Made by a program: the position numbers and the translations under genes. The notes under the pieces were generated by a model, which made no database searches, had not been told where the DNA came from, and was given only the letters and a program-made list of their open reading frames with translations. Positions 48,099-62,446 of a stretch of DNA of 64,000 bases are shown piece after piece (position 1 is the stretch's first letter; every line of letters begins with the position of its first letter). The stretch is from Hydrolagus colliei (lineage: Eukaryota), in NCBI GenBank assembly GCA_035084275.1, contig CM068750.1, positions 8,742,001-8,806,000 of the forward strand, given 5' to 3'.

Positions 48099-49826
48099 TT
48101 GTTGTAGTTGATTAATTTCATCAAAGTAAACATTTAGAACCAAGACACACAACTTACCCTTCAGTTTGCCCACTGACTGAACCCTCATTTAAAGTCCTAC
48201 AGTATATTGTTTTTCAGTCATACTTAAAAGCCTCAAAGCTATAATTACAGGATTTTGAATTTCTGTTTATTGAGTAGAGTTGAACGCTGGAGGAGAAAGG
48301 CTGCAACTCCTTAATGTTGCATTTTTATGTGTTGAATATGGTTATTGACCATGTTTGATTCATTCTCCTCGACATTCTCGTTGATTTCTGTTGCTTTTGT
48401 GGTTCATCCCTTATTCTTGAAAAATAGTCTTGGTGGCTATTGTTGATGTTTCCCAGCATTGCAGAAACACATTCTGAAAATATCAGAAATGAGTGAAGCA
48501 TTTAAATACATTTGGTGGTTTTAACAATGAATGGTAATGGATTGCTGTTTCTGATTAATTGGAGAGACATTTCTTGTGTTAGGTTTGTTAGGAAGTAGAA
48601 GTAAATCACCAGTAACATTTATATTAAGTGCATGCTGACGTTAAGTCGTAATTCTAAGTAAATATGAAAAATGAGCCAATTTAGGACAATTGTCAGCTGC
48701 TATCTCTCTCTCTCTGGGTGGGTCTGTCTTTTTTATTCCACAGTGCATCTGTCTGTAGGGGAGATGGAATCAACTTTTAAATGAAAGCAATGAGCTGAAA
48801 AGTGCCTTTTTAAAACATGAATAAACCAGCTCAAAATTGACCAAGTATTTGAACAAAATAAGGAAACAATCTGTTTTCCTCCAGGTTGTCCAGTAGATCT
48901 GAAGAAATCTATTTGAATATCTGAGATGTGCAACTTGATTAGTTTTTTTTCACAGGTTGAAAGTTTTTTAAAAAAATGTTTTTGAATAGACTGCTTATAT
49001 ATTTTCTGAAATATTGTGGTGTTGATGTTTTGACAGCTAGGGGTGTGAAAACCCATCACGATGCTTGGGTGTATCCAGACCAGACTGAGAGAATCCCATA
49101 ATTTTATGGTCAGACCATAGCACTGTAAGTCAGTCAGTCCAAGAGTTAAAACTATAAATTAATCTATTTCCAGGGTTTGACCGTATTGCACTTGCAGACA
49201 ATTTGGTTGCTATGTAAGGTATCTCTTTGCACGACAGCTCAGAGAAAGATACTGATGACAGAGTAAAATATTAACATAATAGATAGACATTTCTTTTTTT
49301 ATAGATGTCTTTCCACCACATAATTATCTCTGCTTGCAGTCAAAATAGTCCATGAAATGAAAGCCGTGATAGAAGAGCTATCCCACATGTACAGTACCCA
49401 GGCACCATGTTTTACTGCAGAGATTGGCAAGATTTTTTTTTGGTAAAGATTTTCTCTGCAGTCATACATGTGAACTGCAGGGTATTTATTTCCAGAGAGT
49501 ATGACCTGTGAATAGATACCAGTGTTGAAAGAAACTGAGGATTTCTGCTAAAATTAATTGTCAGAGAGAGAGAGAAAGAAAGTCGGCAATTGCCAAGTTG
49601 CAGTGATTTTGTTGGTGATGTGTTTCGTGCCCGTCCTCACCCTACGACTGTAGAATCCAACCAGTTTTACACACTGACTGTATTTCAAAGCATTATTTAC
49701 TATGACTTTCCCTAATGGTAGGACAGGTGTAATTTAAGCCAATGGCTGTAATAAGAGTGACAAAATCTCTTTTGCCATTCACCTTGCCAAATATGCTATT
49801 TTCACTGCTTTGCCTTCCACATCACT

Positions 49827-49864
49827 CTTTTTATTGATGGCTGTCATTAGCCATCAATAAAAAG
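49827..49864. repeat. Perfect 16-bp inverted repeat with 6-nt spacer
   Basis: ctttttattgatggct-gtcatt-agccatcaataaaaag. Confidence 0.95.
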
Positions 49865-50616
49865 CACAGCTTAAAACTCACTATGTTGGTGGTGAAGCCC
49901 ATCCAATAGCACAACAGATCTTAGTTAAATCAATACTTTGCCACTGACTGCCATAGTGTTTTCTGGTGTACACGTGCATTCTACCTGGAAGGCATAAACT
50001 TGTCAATGCCCAGGATGTGTGTGTGTAACAAGTGATTATTTTATTAAGCAAGGTGTGATTATTGTTTTTGTTTGGAAAATAAATGCGGGGGAAGATGTAT
50101 GTAATTATTACTTAATAAAAGTGCATCGGTGGTCAGGCAAATATCATGCAGCTGTAGATCCAGCAAAGGGTGGGTTTGGCAAAGGCAAACATGCAGATTC
50201 CAAGTAAGATCGCTTCAGGATTATTGCAGTATTGATCCTTATTTGAGCCATCTGGCAGGACATGGCATGCAGCATTAGTTGTGTGGTTTTGATCGCCCAA
50301 ACAGCTTACTTTCAACCATTGTTTTTCTGTGATTAAGATCATTGAAATATCCTTTAAAGTAGCTAAACAGAATGGCCTTCTGTTTTTCATTGACTTCTGG
50401 AGAATTTGTTTTGGACCGGTAGCAAAACCCAAAGGCTAGAGTGCCAGTAAAATGAAAATAATCTATTGTTGGATTGTGCAACCAAGGGCTGACTGTCTTT
50501 AGTTAGTAATATTAACTGCTTTTGTTAAGAAAAATGTAGCAAATCCATGAAATAAAAAAAACATGGAACAAACCTGATATAAATCGAATTAACATTTAAC
50601 CAGAAGGAAAAATTAA

Positions 50617-50673
50617 TAGATAGATAGATAAGATAGATAAGATAGATAAGATGGGTAGATGGGTAGATGGGTA
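50617..50673 (+). repeat. GATA-type simple repeat running into the gap
   Basis: (taga)n, then (agatagata)n, then (agatgggt)n. Confidence 0.9.
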
Positions 50674-51202
50674 NNNNNNNNNNNNNNNNNNNNNNNNNNN
50701 NNNNNNNNNNNNNNNNNNNNNNNNNNNNNNNNNNNNNNNNNNNNNNNNNNNNNNNNNNNNNNNNNNNNNNNNNNNNNNNNNNNNNNNNNNNNNNNNNNNN
50801 NNNNNNNNNNNNNNNNNNNNNNNNNNNNNNNNNNNNNNNNNNNNNNNNNNNNNNNNNNNNNNNNNNNNNNNNNNNNNNNNNNNNNNNNNNNNNNNNNNNN
50901 NNNNNNNNNNNNNNNNNNNNNNNNNNNNNNNNNNNNNNNNNNNNNNNNNNNNNNNNNNNNNNNNNNNNNNNNNNNNNNNNNNNNNNNNNNNNNNNNNNNN
51001 NNNNNNNNNNNNNNNNNNNNNNNNNNNNNNNNNNNNNNNNNNNNNNNNNNNNNNNNNNNNNNNNNNNNNNNNNNNNNNNNNNNNNNNNNNNNNNNNNNNN
51101 NNNNNNNNNNNNNNNNNNNNNNNNNNNNNNNNNNNNNNNNNNNNNNNNNNNNNNNNNNNNNNNNNNNNNNNNNNNNNNNNNNNNNNNNNNNNNNNNNNNN
51201 NN
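50674..51202. other. Assembly gap
   Basis: Run of N. Confidence 1.
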
Positions 51203-51589
51203 ATGATTATTTCATGCTTGTTTTGAGTTCATTTATTTGTGTGGGGTTTGCACAAGAGAATCCTGAGTTTTGGTTTAGTTCAGATTAGGTTTAATAACAC
51301 TTTAATATTTACTGGTGAGAAGGACCAGATATTAACTGCACTTTTTAAAAATTATTTCTAATTTTTTGTATTCAAAGAGCCCAATTAACAGATAAATGCT
51401 CTGACCAGTTTAATTTGAATAACGTTTCTTATACAATCCAAGTTTGTATTGGATTGTGTTGGAATGAATGTAGATTAAGCATAGATCAATAATGAAATCG
51501 AAGCCCAAGGTGGCAAAACTACCACTCCATCAAACCAAATTTTGCCAAATGTTTTAGATTTGGATTTTGCCAGACTAATTTATTTAATA

Positions 51590-51690
51590 TACAAAATATA
51601 CAGCCAATTCACTTTACACTATATTCTGTGAAGAGCTTTCAGACATTCCAATAAGAAGCTATACCAAATGCAAGGATTATTAGTATTATT
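51590..51690 (+). mobile_element. 5'-truncated tRNA-SINE tail
   Basis: tatacagccaattcactttacactatattctgtgaagagctttcagac...aaatgcaaggattattag. Confidence 0.8.
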
Positions 51691-51999
51691 TGTGAAAGAA
51701 AGTGATTCATTTAGAAGTGAATTGAATTGTCTAATTTGCTTAGAATAAAATGTTTTGTATGAAATTGAACTCTGAGGAGAGTTACCCATCAGCTGGCTTC
51801 TGTCATTCCAATTGCACATGAACTTAAAGGATCAAAACCAAGAGAATTATAACTTTGTGTAGAATTCCATCAGCGAGTCTCTAGATTCTAAAATATCTTT
51901 TGTGCTATTTATGAATTGCAGGATAAAAGCTCAGCCTTCAACTTCATCCTAATTTTGAACAGGTGAAAGGTTTATCAATGGCATTTTGCTTGGCTAGCA

Positions 52000-52310
52000 A
52001 TTAGACAATCTAGGGTTCTTTAGTCTTGAGAGAAGATATCTCAGAAGGAATCTTATAAAAGTGTGGAAAATTTAAACCAGAACAATACTTGAATCAAGAA
52101 AGTTAAACAAAAGGACATCGGTTTAGAGTTTTACTGGGCAATTTTAGTACAGTTCCTTGAAAGTAGTTAAAAACTTTGAAGAGCTTACCAGGGTGGATGA
52201 TTGAGGCCAGGACACTGGATTCATTTAATTTTTGAAACAAAGCTTGATGTTGTGCTGGAAGAACAGTAAGATGGATGTTCTGGGAGGACGGGGTCAGATC
52301 AGCCAAAGGT
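52000..52310 (+). mobile_element. Degenerate CR1 LINE 3' fragment
   Basis: LDNLGFFSLERRYLRRNLIKVWKI...KGHRFR. Confidence 0.75.
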
Positions 52311-55300
52311 ATTTCATCATCAGAACGGACCTTGTAATCTTGTGATTATTACGATGTTGTTGAATAGCAACAGTAAAAGTAAGATTTCAGGTGTTCCCTC
52401 TCTGCTGGGGAGGCTTCTGGTCTGCATGCAATTTGCCATCTGAACCTGAGAGATTGTTCCTCTCCTCATATGCAAGTATTTATTCTGAAAATATTGGTTA
52501 AACTTGCAACTGAATGACTATATTAGAATCACCGTGTTTCACAAATAAACTATTTAACAACAAGAAAAACAAACACACCCTAAAATATTATGGCAATGAT
52601 GTGAAACTCTGTTTGGATTGAGTATTTCTAATCTCCGATTTTAAAATCATTAACAGCCAAAAAAAAACTAAAATGATTGGCTGCATCATGGCAAAGTGGC
52701 TTGTTTAACACTGTCAGAGATGTTTTCACATGTTAAAATGTGTTTCCTTACATCTCTTCATTAGCTCCCTTTACTGAGATGTACTCTTATCTTTGCATTC
52801 ATCGATTATCACAATTACTAAATTATTATGCTAACCAAATCTATTTCAGAATTGAATGCATGAAAATTCATCTATGTGTTGTGTAGATGATTTTTTCCTT
52901 TACACCAAATTAGTAGTGAGCAGAAAGTGTTCCAGATGTGGTCATCCAGTGAGCATCACTTTGTTTCCATCTGTTGATACATATTGGAGATCAGAAGGCC
53001 CTTTCTCCTTGGTGTCAAGTGTCTATTTGCACAGTCTTGTACAATATTTTGATGTGTTTTACAATGTAATTTTTCAAGATGACTGTAAATAATCCACAAA
53101 ACCTGATTCCGAGAATAGTGAATTGACATTGATATGTGGTTGCTTAGTGCTGTTGATTTGAAGTCCTCAGTTCCATCATAAGTCCTATTGAATCATTTAC
53201 TAAAACGAATTGCTGCAATTTTAGCAATTGTTGAAAATAGCTATTTATTACAGGCAAACATTTTTCGTTTGTTCTGCAGGCCTGACGATCAGGAATGTTG
53301 AACTTAATTTCAGAATGTTCCCTTTTCTGTTCCTGGTTAGGGATGGTAATTTAATATTTATCTTTAAAGGGTTGCATTTTATTTCCTGTACTTTTGTGTC
53401 CGACTTTTAAAGAATTTAGAATTTCCTCTAAATGCCGTGTAAATAAGTGGAGAATTAATGACTGCTGGCCAGTCGATTGGAATCTGAGTTTTTGAGCCTC
53501 TGGGTATTACTGAGGATTATGCACCAACACAGAAATACTTCTGTGTAAGACTGGGCAGTTCAAATCAGGTGTTTTGTTCCCAAACATCATATCCACGATG
53601 CCTGGCAGGAATTTTGTACTCTTTATGGTGAGCTGCACTTTATCCACTTGCAGTAGCTACATTAGGGAATTATTGCGTTTTCATCACTGAGGAATGTTTG
53701 CTGTTTCTTTTTTGCAATTTCTAGAGTCAGTCAGATACTGAGACCAAAATGGCATTTCTTTTTTAATCTCGATGTTGTTTCATACAGCAATTGCTTGATT
53801 AGATTTTGGTCTGTGTATTTATCTTCGCTTTCTTTTCTTGCTTTTCCTTTTCTGATGGTTGTGATTAATTCTGGGGTATGGATCCATGGACACTGGCAAG
53901 CCTCTGCTAGTTAAGTGATGGTTCCTTTTCCTTATTGATCGATATCCTTTCAGTTGGAAAAAGTATGTGTAAAAGACATGCTATTAAGACTTTTACTTAA
54001 GTGCTTCTATCTTCAATTACAATTTGGGGGTTGGTAAATATGCATTTATAGTTAGACAAAGCAGCCGTAGAAGGAAAAATTGCTTTGCTCGTTTACAACG
54101 ACATCTTGACTCATTTGGGTGAGATCGAGTGTTCTGATGGAGTTGGAGTGCCAAATAAAGTTGCGATCACTCATATTAGCAAATATCATAGTAGCTAACA
54201 GACCAGGATACTGGGTTAGTGGTTCAAGTTGCTCCCAGTGTGTTGCAGGGTCAATAATTCATCAAAGTGGACCAGGACCGCATGGTGAGGAATAACGTAA
54301 ATCTGTGAGCAAATGGTGAGCTATGGCAGGACTTCTTCACAGAACACCTGCTGAATGTCTTGAATACAGTGCAGTCAAGCACCACAAAAACAGAAGCTAG
54401 TAACTCACTCAAGTGGGAGATACACGCTCTTCAAATCTTGGACAGCTGCATTTCTGGTAATGCGATACATTTGTGTGACCCCATGCCAGCTACTGTTCAT
54501 TGGTCAGGGGCAAGATTCATCTGGAATACACGTCCGGGGAGCAGACTCCTAGTTTGAATGATGGAAATGACATTTTACATTCCTAAATTACTTCTTTTAA
54601 ACTGTGCAAAATATTGCTTGGAAAAATTGGGCTCTTATTGATTGAATACAATTTAACTTGCAACCAGTTTGCACTCGTAATGCACTTAACTGAAGTGAAA
54701 CTTGAGTTGCCCATTTTTTTTTACCCAGTTTTAAGTACATGGTTGAGTGTTCGATGTACTTGGTGACTGGTTTCCATGATGGACATGAACATGGCTCAGG
54801 ATGTCCTGTCAGCTTTTCCCCAGTTGCTGTTCAGTGTCTCCTCTGTTGGCATGGCTGAGATCAAGAAATCCAGTGTGTTAACCACTGGTAATACTCGTGA
54901 CTCACAATTTGTGATGTTTGTTGTCGGGAACTGTGCGTATTATTCAATTGAGAAGTTATGTTTGTGCTGCGAGTACCTATCATTGTATAACCATAAATGT
55001 ACTTCATGTCCTTAATGATGATTTTCAAGCCAGATGTCTGTGACAATTATTGAGAAATAATTGTTTGCATGAAATTGTAGACCTTGTGCGTAATATCCAG
55101 AACCTGTTATCAATTTGACTTTGGACAAATGCTGAGAGGAATCCGTGTTCAAGTTGACACATAATATAACAGGCTGGTGCCATCGGTTGAATGATCTCAC
55201 ACAACAGTAAAATTCAGCAAAAATCTTTCACAACTGTTTTCCAGCATTGTGATTTTTTTTACAACTAACCTTGGTTATCCTTTATTCCAAGAGGCAGCAT

Positions 55301-57569
55301 TCCAGCTTCTTGTGCCCTGTTATTGCAAAGGAAGCCTGAACAATAGGAAGGCTCTATTTGAAGGTAATAATTTTAACTGTGGCATCAACAGGAAATACCA
55401 GTCATCATTTTTTTCACTTTCCCTATAATGCTGCCTTGATCCATTTACTTGGGAATCTGTGTTGTTCTGGCTGTTGCTCCCTATGAAGTCTGGATTATGT
55501 CATTATCCTTTCCTTGTCAAAATCACAATATTTATTTAAGTAATTCCAGCTATTTTACCACATATGTGCCCTTTCCAGTGCTTTTGTACAGCTGTTAACT
55601 TCAGCACACCGAGAATAACTGCATAGAAACTTCACAATTTCTACTTGATTGTGATGTATTTCTCAGAGTGAGATTGGAGGTGTGATTTCCAGTGGTTACA
55701 CTGGATTTATGTGCAACATTTAGCAGTGGAGTGAGAGGAGCCCATTTTCTTTGGCTGAGTCCTAACAATTCTCCTTTCATTTTAACATGGGTGATTGTCA
55801 ATGATAACTATGACCAGATGCAAATGAATGGGATAACGATTTTGTTTCTTTCTAATGTTTTTTTCAAGTGAGATCATTACTTTGTGCATATTTTTGACTC
55901 TAGACAGTGAAAAGGTTATCGAATGTTGTTGTACGTTAATGGGACGGCCTTCCCACTGGAAAGGTGCTATGTAAATTTAATTTATTGCTTTTTTTTTTCC
56001 AAGCAGAGTTTGTATGGAGGCAAACTATTATCCGTGAAACTTTTTAATTTTCCTAAACCACTGTGATTTACCGACTTTAGGCACACATGTTTAAAAAATT
56101 TGATTCAGCAAATAATTTGACAAGCTATCTCTTATCGAAGAACCATTGCAAGGCAATAAAAGCAATCCCATTTATGATCAAAGCAATGTGAAATATAAAC
56201 TGAGACTTTGTGAAAAATGCCCTTTCCCCCTCCAAGATTAAAATGCTATTTGGCTCAAACTGAATAGTCGATCGTACTTTTCCCAAATCTATTTTGTTTT
56301 ATTTATGTGTTTCATATTTCAACAAAAAAAAGCCAAAAATAGCAACTGCTTCTAATTTGAATACTTGGCTAACGAAAGTCCAATGTGGGGACATTAGAGG
56401 TTTAGACCCAGCCAATGTGTTGGCACTGGAGCCAATATGTAGGTATGAGGCTTTTTCACGTATTATATTGTTGTCATGATGCCACCTCAGTTTAATGATG
56501 TTGGTGCACAGTGAACCTACTCGTCCAGTGTTTGGGGAATATTTTTCAACCTTAAAATAAATATGCAGCAATATGTATTTGTTCTGTGTTTCAAAAAGAA
56601 TATCAATAACAGTAGGAGTAATAGTTTTTTTTATTTTACAACAGTAACCGTTGCAGTATTTAGCAATGTTTTTCTGTGCACCAAGGAGGTTGAAACCACG
56701 TCAATCCATGGAAGGTTGTGTGTTTTGACAGATTTTTAGGCAGCAGTTTAGACCATGGAGCATTTTTGGTATGTTAGTTAAATCAAATATACAGTGTTGT
56801 TTCCCCCACCCCTCCTAAATTGCCCAGCAAAAGTCCATGTGGCCTACCAAAAAAAAAAGGGCTCTTTTCACATCTGAGGAGTGCCATCAAATTTTTTATT
56901 TCTGCCTAAATCGTATGGTTTATTTCTTGGGTTAATATTCTCAGAATTCACATTTCAGCAGAATGTCAGTTAACACATAATGTTTTGCCACGTTGGTTAA
57001 GCTCCCAATTGCCGGGTTCGAATTTGACAATCCGGAATCCTGCAATCACCAACCAGTATATGTCTCAGGAAACCAGTCTGACATCAACCTAAAAGTTCTG
57101 ACTTTTGGACTGTGGTCTCGGTGCTTGGCAAGAGGTTGGTGTCCGTGCATTTCCACATTTTCTATGTACAAATAAATCCTTTTATGAATCTTGCATTTTT
57201 TTAAAAACCTGCATTTTTTTAAAAAAGATTTCTCAATATGCAGCTTTTCAAATCTGTTCATTGGAAACACTTTTTGAAATTTACATATATATATTTTAAT
57301 TTTTTTTAGTGAATGTTGATTTGAGCGAGTTTTTTTTAGTTGCAGAGAGTTGCGGAGGTGGTTTGGAGTTGAGAAAGGAAAGCAAATATTTTATTAAGTG
57401 TAATATTTGGCGGCAAAGTTTTTTATGTGGTTAAAATGTGTCCAGAGATTTAGCTAAGTTCCACTTTGCTGTATTTACTTCCTCCACTTTGTCTCTAGTA
57501 TTTTCTTCTCCCCCGTCTGAGATGTCAGTCTGTTTGCCTTCCATTTGTGAACTCATCCCAATTCAAGGA

Positions 57570-57725
57570 CTCCATAACTTATTGCAGCTGTAACTCTTCT
57601 AGTCTCTTCACTTTTCCAGAGTCTTTTGTCGTTATTCCTAGCTTGTAGCTTCTCTTGGGAATCTCCTGCACTCAGCTCTCCTGTGGCTCCCTTCATTCTC
57701 CAGCCAACATATTTCTAAACTCTTA
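57570..57725 (+). mobile_element. Very old L2 ORF2 fragment
   Basis: atctcctgcactc...ctgtggctccct resembles the coding sequence for ISPVL..LHWLP. Confidence 0.35.
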
Positions 57726-58964
57726 GACGTGTCTTGTTCCTTCAATACCAAAGCCTTTAAGTAAGTCCAGAATGCTGAATTCTAACTCCAAAAGGCTTTC
57801 CAGCTGCCTTAATAGTTTTTGACTGACAGCTGTTGTGCCAAATTGGAAGCTCTGCAAGTGCGAGTGGGGGTCCCAGTGTGACTAAGTGCTGCATTATATT
57901 CTCTGACACACCATGTTATAGCAAATCCCCTGGACACATACCATTTAAGCAATGATGTTTTTATTTTTGGTTCATCAAATGAAATGGATTCTGTTTCATG
58001 TCTACCTCGGTATTGAAAAAAAGTGTTTGTGCTTGATGAGTTTGAACCAATTTCATGGAGTGGATAAACATACCTCATTCAAATAATTGATTATGTATCA
58101 GAAATAATGCCTTTTTTATGAGGTGCCTTTAGGTAGAAGTCTCAATAAATATTGATCAATATCAGAGTGATGATTACCTATATTCTCTTGTACAATTAAT
58201 TAAATTTTTTTGTATTGCAGAACTGGTCACTATTATTTTGTTATTCTTTGAGAACTGAAGTCTCCGCAGCTGTAGAGCTTCAATATCTGGAGTTCAGCCT
58301 ATGGTCAGCTACAGTCTTTAGTTTTCAGGAAGCAACAGTTTGTGAAATGTTAAATAGAAGACAACCACACTGTTCCTAGGTCAGTATTTGTCATTTTAAT
58401 GAAGTACATGTGTGATTAAGGATGTTGTGGCTCCTTATCAAGCCATGTTGCTCCACAACATAATTGTAGCACTTATATAATTCATAATCTGATGAAATAC
58501 AAAATATATTTGCAACAGAATCTCACGTAAAGGATTATATGGGGAGAAAATAGCAGACTACTATTGCTCGTACACCTCAAAGTGAAATGGAGAAAGACTC
58601 CCAATTTATGCAGATAACTCCAATTTTATTTAATATGTTATTAATAATAATTATGCACTGCATTTGTCTCCAAATACATTTGAACGCAAAATTACTGTGG
58701 CATGTGCAGATGAACGCTCTCACCCCAACCCACCTCCGTAAAATATAATGCTGGGCTGTTTTTTTCAGTTATTTTTCAGGCTATTTGAACACATTTCCTA
58801 GTTCATTGCTAGTTTTTTTTACTGAGTGAATTTCACAGCTTTTTGGGGGGAGTGAATATTCCTTCTCTTCAGTTTCTCGGTCACTGCTTTTCTTGCTTCA
58901 CGAAAACTACTTGTGCTTTTGTTGGCGGCTGCTATAAGTTCAACTTCCCATTTATAATTTTGTA

Positions 58965-59155
58965 GCCTGTCCTTTCCCATTTCTTTCCAGTGACCTCCAG
59001 CGGTTGTGGTGCTCAGGTCTTCCAATAGACTTCAGTCTGCCAGTGGAACCCAGGGAACAAGTAAGTCTCTTTATATGGGCAAGGGGCCTAGAAACTTTAC
59101 ATGTTGACATCCATGGCTGCCTTTTTCTCTCTTTCCCCTCATTCCTTGTAGAGTC
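58965..59155 (-). mobile_element. Possible RTE-clade LINE C-terminal fragment
   Basis: Minus strand gives TLQGM-GKREKG (cf. LQG.VEGKR.RGRP) and later HNRWRSL (cf. DR..WRS.). Heavily decayed. Confidence 0.45.
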
Positions 59156-59294
59156 ATATTTTCAATCTCCTAAGATTTTTGTGCCAACAAATAATGATGG
59201 GTAACAAGTGGTGAACAATTGTCAATCTATACTGCTCTCAGGAAAGGTCTGCTGTCATTGCAGGCAAATGGTGATTTATGTTGTCAGTTTCCGG

Positions 59295-59342
59295 TACACT
59301 ATCCTTCGTGAAGGGCACTGTATCAATGCAAGTTGTTGTTGT
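59295..59342 (+). mobile_element. L2 3'-terminal remnant
   Basis: cgtgaagggcactgtatcaatgcaagttgttgttg. Confidence 0.65.
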
Positions 59343-60433
59343 CTGTTGACAAATTAAGTCTGTAGTTCTGAAGGTTACAAAGCCATTTGGTCATAGCCTG
59401 ATAAAGAAATGTAACATTTACTTTGTATAAATAAAAGCCTCATTGGTATCTCTTGCCTATTACAGTTTTGCTGAAATTTTGTCAGGTTTCACCTGCAGCT
59501 GAATAAATTGATCTGATATTTATGATGTGACCCAGTTGTAAGTGGAGACTTTATGAGGCAAATGTTGCAAGGATTACATGGACAAGAAATGATCATGAGA
59601 TGAGGGTGGCCTGGCAGTCCAGACATCTCTTCTGACCTCTTTCTCACATGTTCAGATGTTAGATTCCAAAGCAACAACACAAATTCTGAACACTGTTTGC
59701 ATCCTGACCAATTTTCTTGCTAGACATTTTGCAATGTTACTGTATATTTTACCACCAAATATTAGGTTACAGTTGAACAAGGGCTAAACATTGTACCAAT
59801 GAATTCAGTGGCAAGTCGCTGGCTTGAACAGCAAGTGCCAGTCTGCCAAATCTGCTTCTTATCGGGTGGTGTATAGTCAACTGTTAGCTATTTATTCTGG
59901 GTGCAGTACAATTCCCGATGGTCTTGTATGCATTGATTTATCAAGCAAACATGGCAGTTTAATGTCTTTATTGATGACAGTCTGGGAATTGTTATTGAAT
60001 GTATTTGCAGCTCCGTTACGCATGCAAAATGCTTGCCCTTGTTTAATTGTAACATAATATTTTACTGTAAAATACACAATAACACTCTTCCAAGGGATGA
60101 TATCCAGATATTTGGTGCAAGTGCTCACAATTGTTTAATTCCAAAAGATTACTGAGGTTGGAAATATCAAAAATGTATCAGTGGAGAGAATGAATGGCAG
60201 ATTTGCTGAAGCAATTTTGGTTTGCTTCTAATTATCTTGATTGGAACCATAAAGAAAAATCTGTAGAACTGTCTTTGTTTGCTTCTCAATTTGCTTTCCC
60301 CTTTAATTGCCTTTCAATTAAACCTACCACAGAATTTCTCTTATTTGGCCTGATTGGATAGATTTTTGTTTAATGTAAGGTAGCAATGAAGTCAGTGATT
60401 GTAACCACTGGTGCAAGTCTGATGCATTAGAGG

Positions 60434-60750
60434 ATAATAATAATAATTCTTGCATTTGATATAACACTATTCATGTCTACTAGAAGTCTCAAAGTGTTTC
60501 ACAGAATATACTGTAAAGTGAATTGTCTATTTTATAAGTGATACGTGTCAGTCGGTTGTATGCAGAAGTGTCCCACGAAGTATCATGGATTGAGTGATCA
60601 AATTATTATTGGGGGTTTTTCTTGTGGGATTATTAATGGGCATGTGTAGTAAGGAATCTTGTCCAATGGTACAAGTTCCCTGCCAGGAATTGAACCAAGG
60701 TCTTTCACTTGCAAGGCGAGTGTACTAACCACTGAGCTACAGGCCTCCAC
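60434..60750 (-). mobile_element. Full-length tRNA-SINE (short subfamily)
   Basis: Reverse complement aligns with 1056-1349: A box tagctcagtgg, anticodon loop cttgcaa, B box ggttcaattcc, (TTA)n tail. Confidence 0.92.
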
Positions 60751-62446
60751 AAATATTAGTTTTATTGCTGACTTGGAAGGAGAGAAAGCTTGGCTGTATC
60801 AGAACACCAGTCTTTTGGGGTTTGAGAACCTGACACACTCCGTCATAGAATTAAAACAAGAAATAGAAATGAGACTGCTCTGTTGGATAACAGTGGTATG
60901 CTGAGAGTGAAAAAGACTTCAAAACTGCACGGTGAAGCACCCTGTGGTGCAATGTGTGTCGATTCATAAAATAACTTCAAGATTCAGATCCCATAGGTAT
61001 TGAGCTGCACCTCGCACCATCTGATCAGAACTTTTCACAAGGCTGATGGCGACTAACCTGTGTGTCAGGAACTTTGATTGATCACAATCCAATGTCTCAG
61101 AGATAAGTTACAGTGGCACATATGGATTTCATGCAGGCTTCTGTGTTTTGTACTCTTCATTGTATCTGAAATTTCTGCTGAAGCAAAACATTTGATGGGG
61201 TGTTTTAGAAATCAGCATCAGAATGATAATGTATCTGATCATTTATTGGTTCGTTAAGAAAGAAAACTTGAAATGTTACTCATTTCAAAAGACTCAGCAC
61301 TCCCGAGTGTCGTGTATTTTTTATTTTAAAAAAGTAGATGGAGGTTTAACGAGTGTTCGAAAAATCAATGTTGTTACTTTTTTATAATGCATCCCATCAG
61401 TTTATGCTTGTGGCATTTGATAGGTTAATGCATTTTGCAATAGTTGCTGATTGCCTTAATCAGATCTCTTACATGAGTAGTCTGGTGTCATGGTACCATT
61501 AAGCAGCTTTCTGAAGTGGGGGCTAATTCTGTCTTGCCTAACTAATTATTGTCAATATGTAAAAATGCATTGTAATCCTACTTTGTTTAAACTACATTGT
61601 GAAAATGGATTACAAAATGTTGAAATCTGTCTGATATTCTTCCTCTGCACTGAGTGTGACTGAGATGTTGAGATGTTGTGCTTAAGTTTGGGCTGCTGTT
61701 TTTATATAGGTTTGGTGATGACACAGTTATATAAGCCACTTGTCTGTTCCAGAACATTTTAATTGCTCTACACTGTTTTTGAAATTGATTTTGATTACAG
61801 GCTGTTTCACATTAAAGGCAGGTGAAGAGTACATCAACATTCATTAAAATCTGCTTGAGGTGGTTGCTTTGGAGCATCTTGCAAGGAGGTGAATTCATGT
61901 GAATGCTGAAAAAAAAATGCATTATATTGGGAGCAACAAATGTTAGCCCTTCAGGTGAAAGAATTCCTCACGCAGATGTTTTGTCATGTCTACTGTTGAC
62001 TCATAAGGAGGAATTTAAAACTAATAATTATTTTTCTTGTCTTAGGCTGTTGAGCAGTAGGTCTGTCATCCTTGCCACACCTATTGTTGGCAAAGAGGTT
62101 TGAGTTTTACCATTTTAAAATAAAACAGAGAGCCTGCATCACTTCAGACCCAGCTCAAATGATCACCGTTACCTATTCTAACTACTGAAGTTCTTTAACG
62201 CTTAGTTTATTGTAGGGGATTAAAAAATGCTGATTGGCACAGGTGAGTGATTCCTATTGAGCAGTGGCGATGTGCAGTGAAACTGATTCTCGTCAACTGA
62301 TGCCCCAAACTTAATTAAATTTGAGTACGAAATTTTGTGTTGTTTCTGCTGATCATAAATTCTAATTATTCAAAGTTGGTTCAGACACCAGCTATAATGA
62401 TCACCATTATCTGTTCTCGCTAATATTGGTCTACTGGCTGATTTAA

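Noticed and set aside
48158-48196. 39-nt minus-strand exon with GTAAGT donor
   Set aside because: The acceptor lacks a polypyrimidine tract and the peptide is unrecognised.
50651-51288. Three long ORFs of 179-209 aa
   Set aside because: Artefacts of the N gap.
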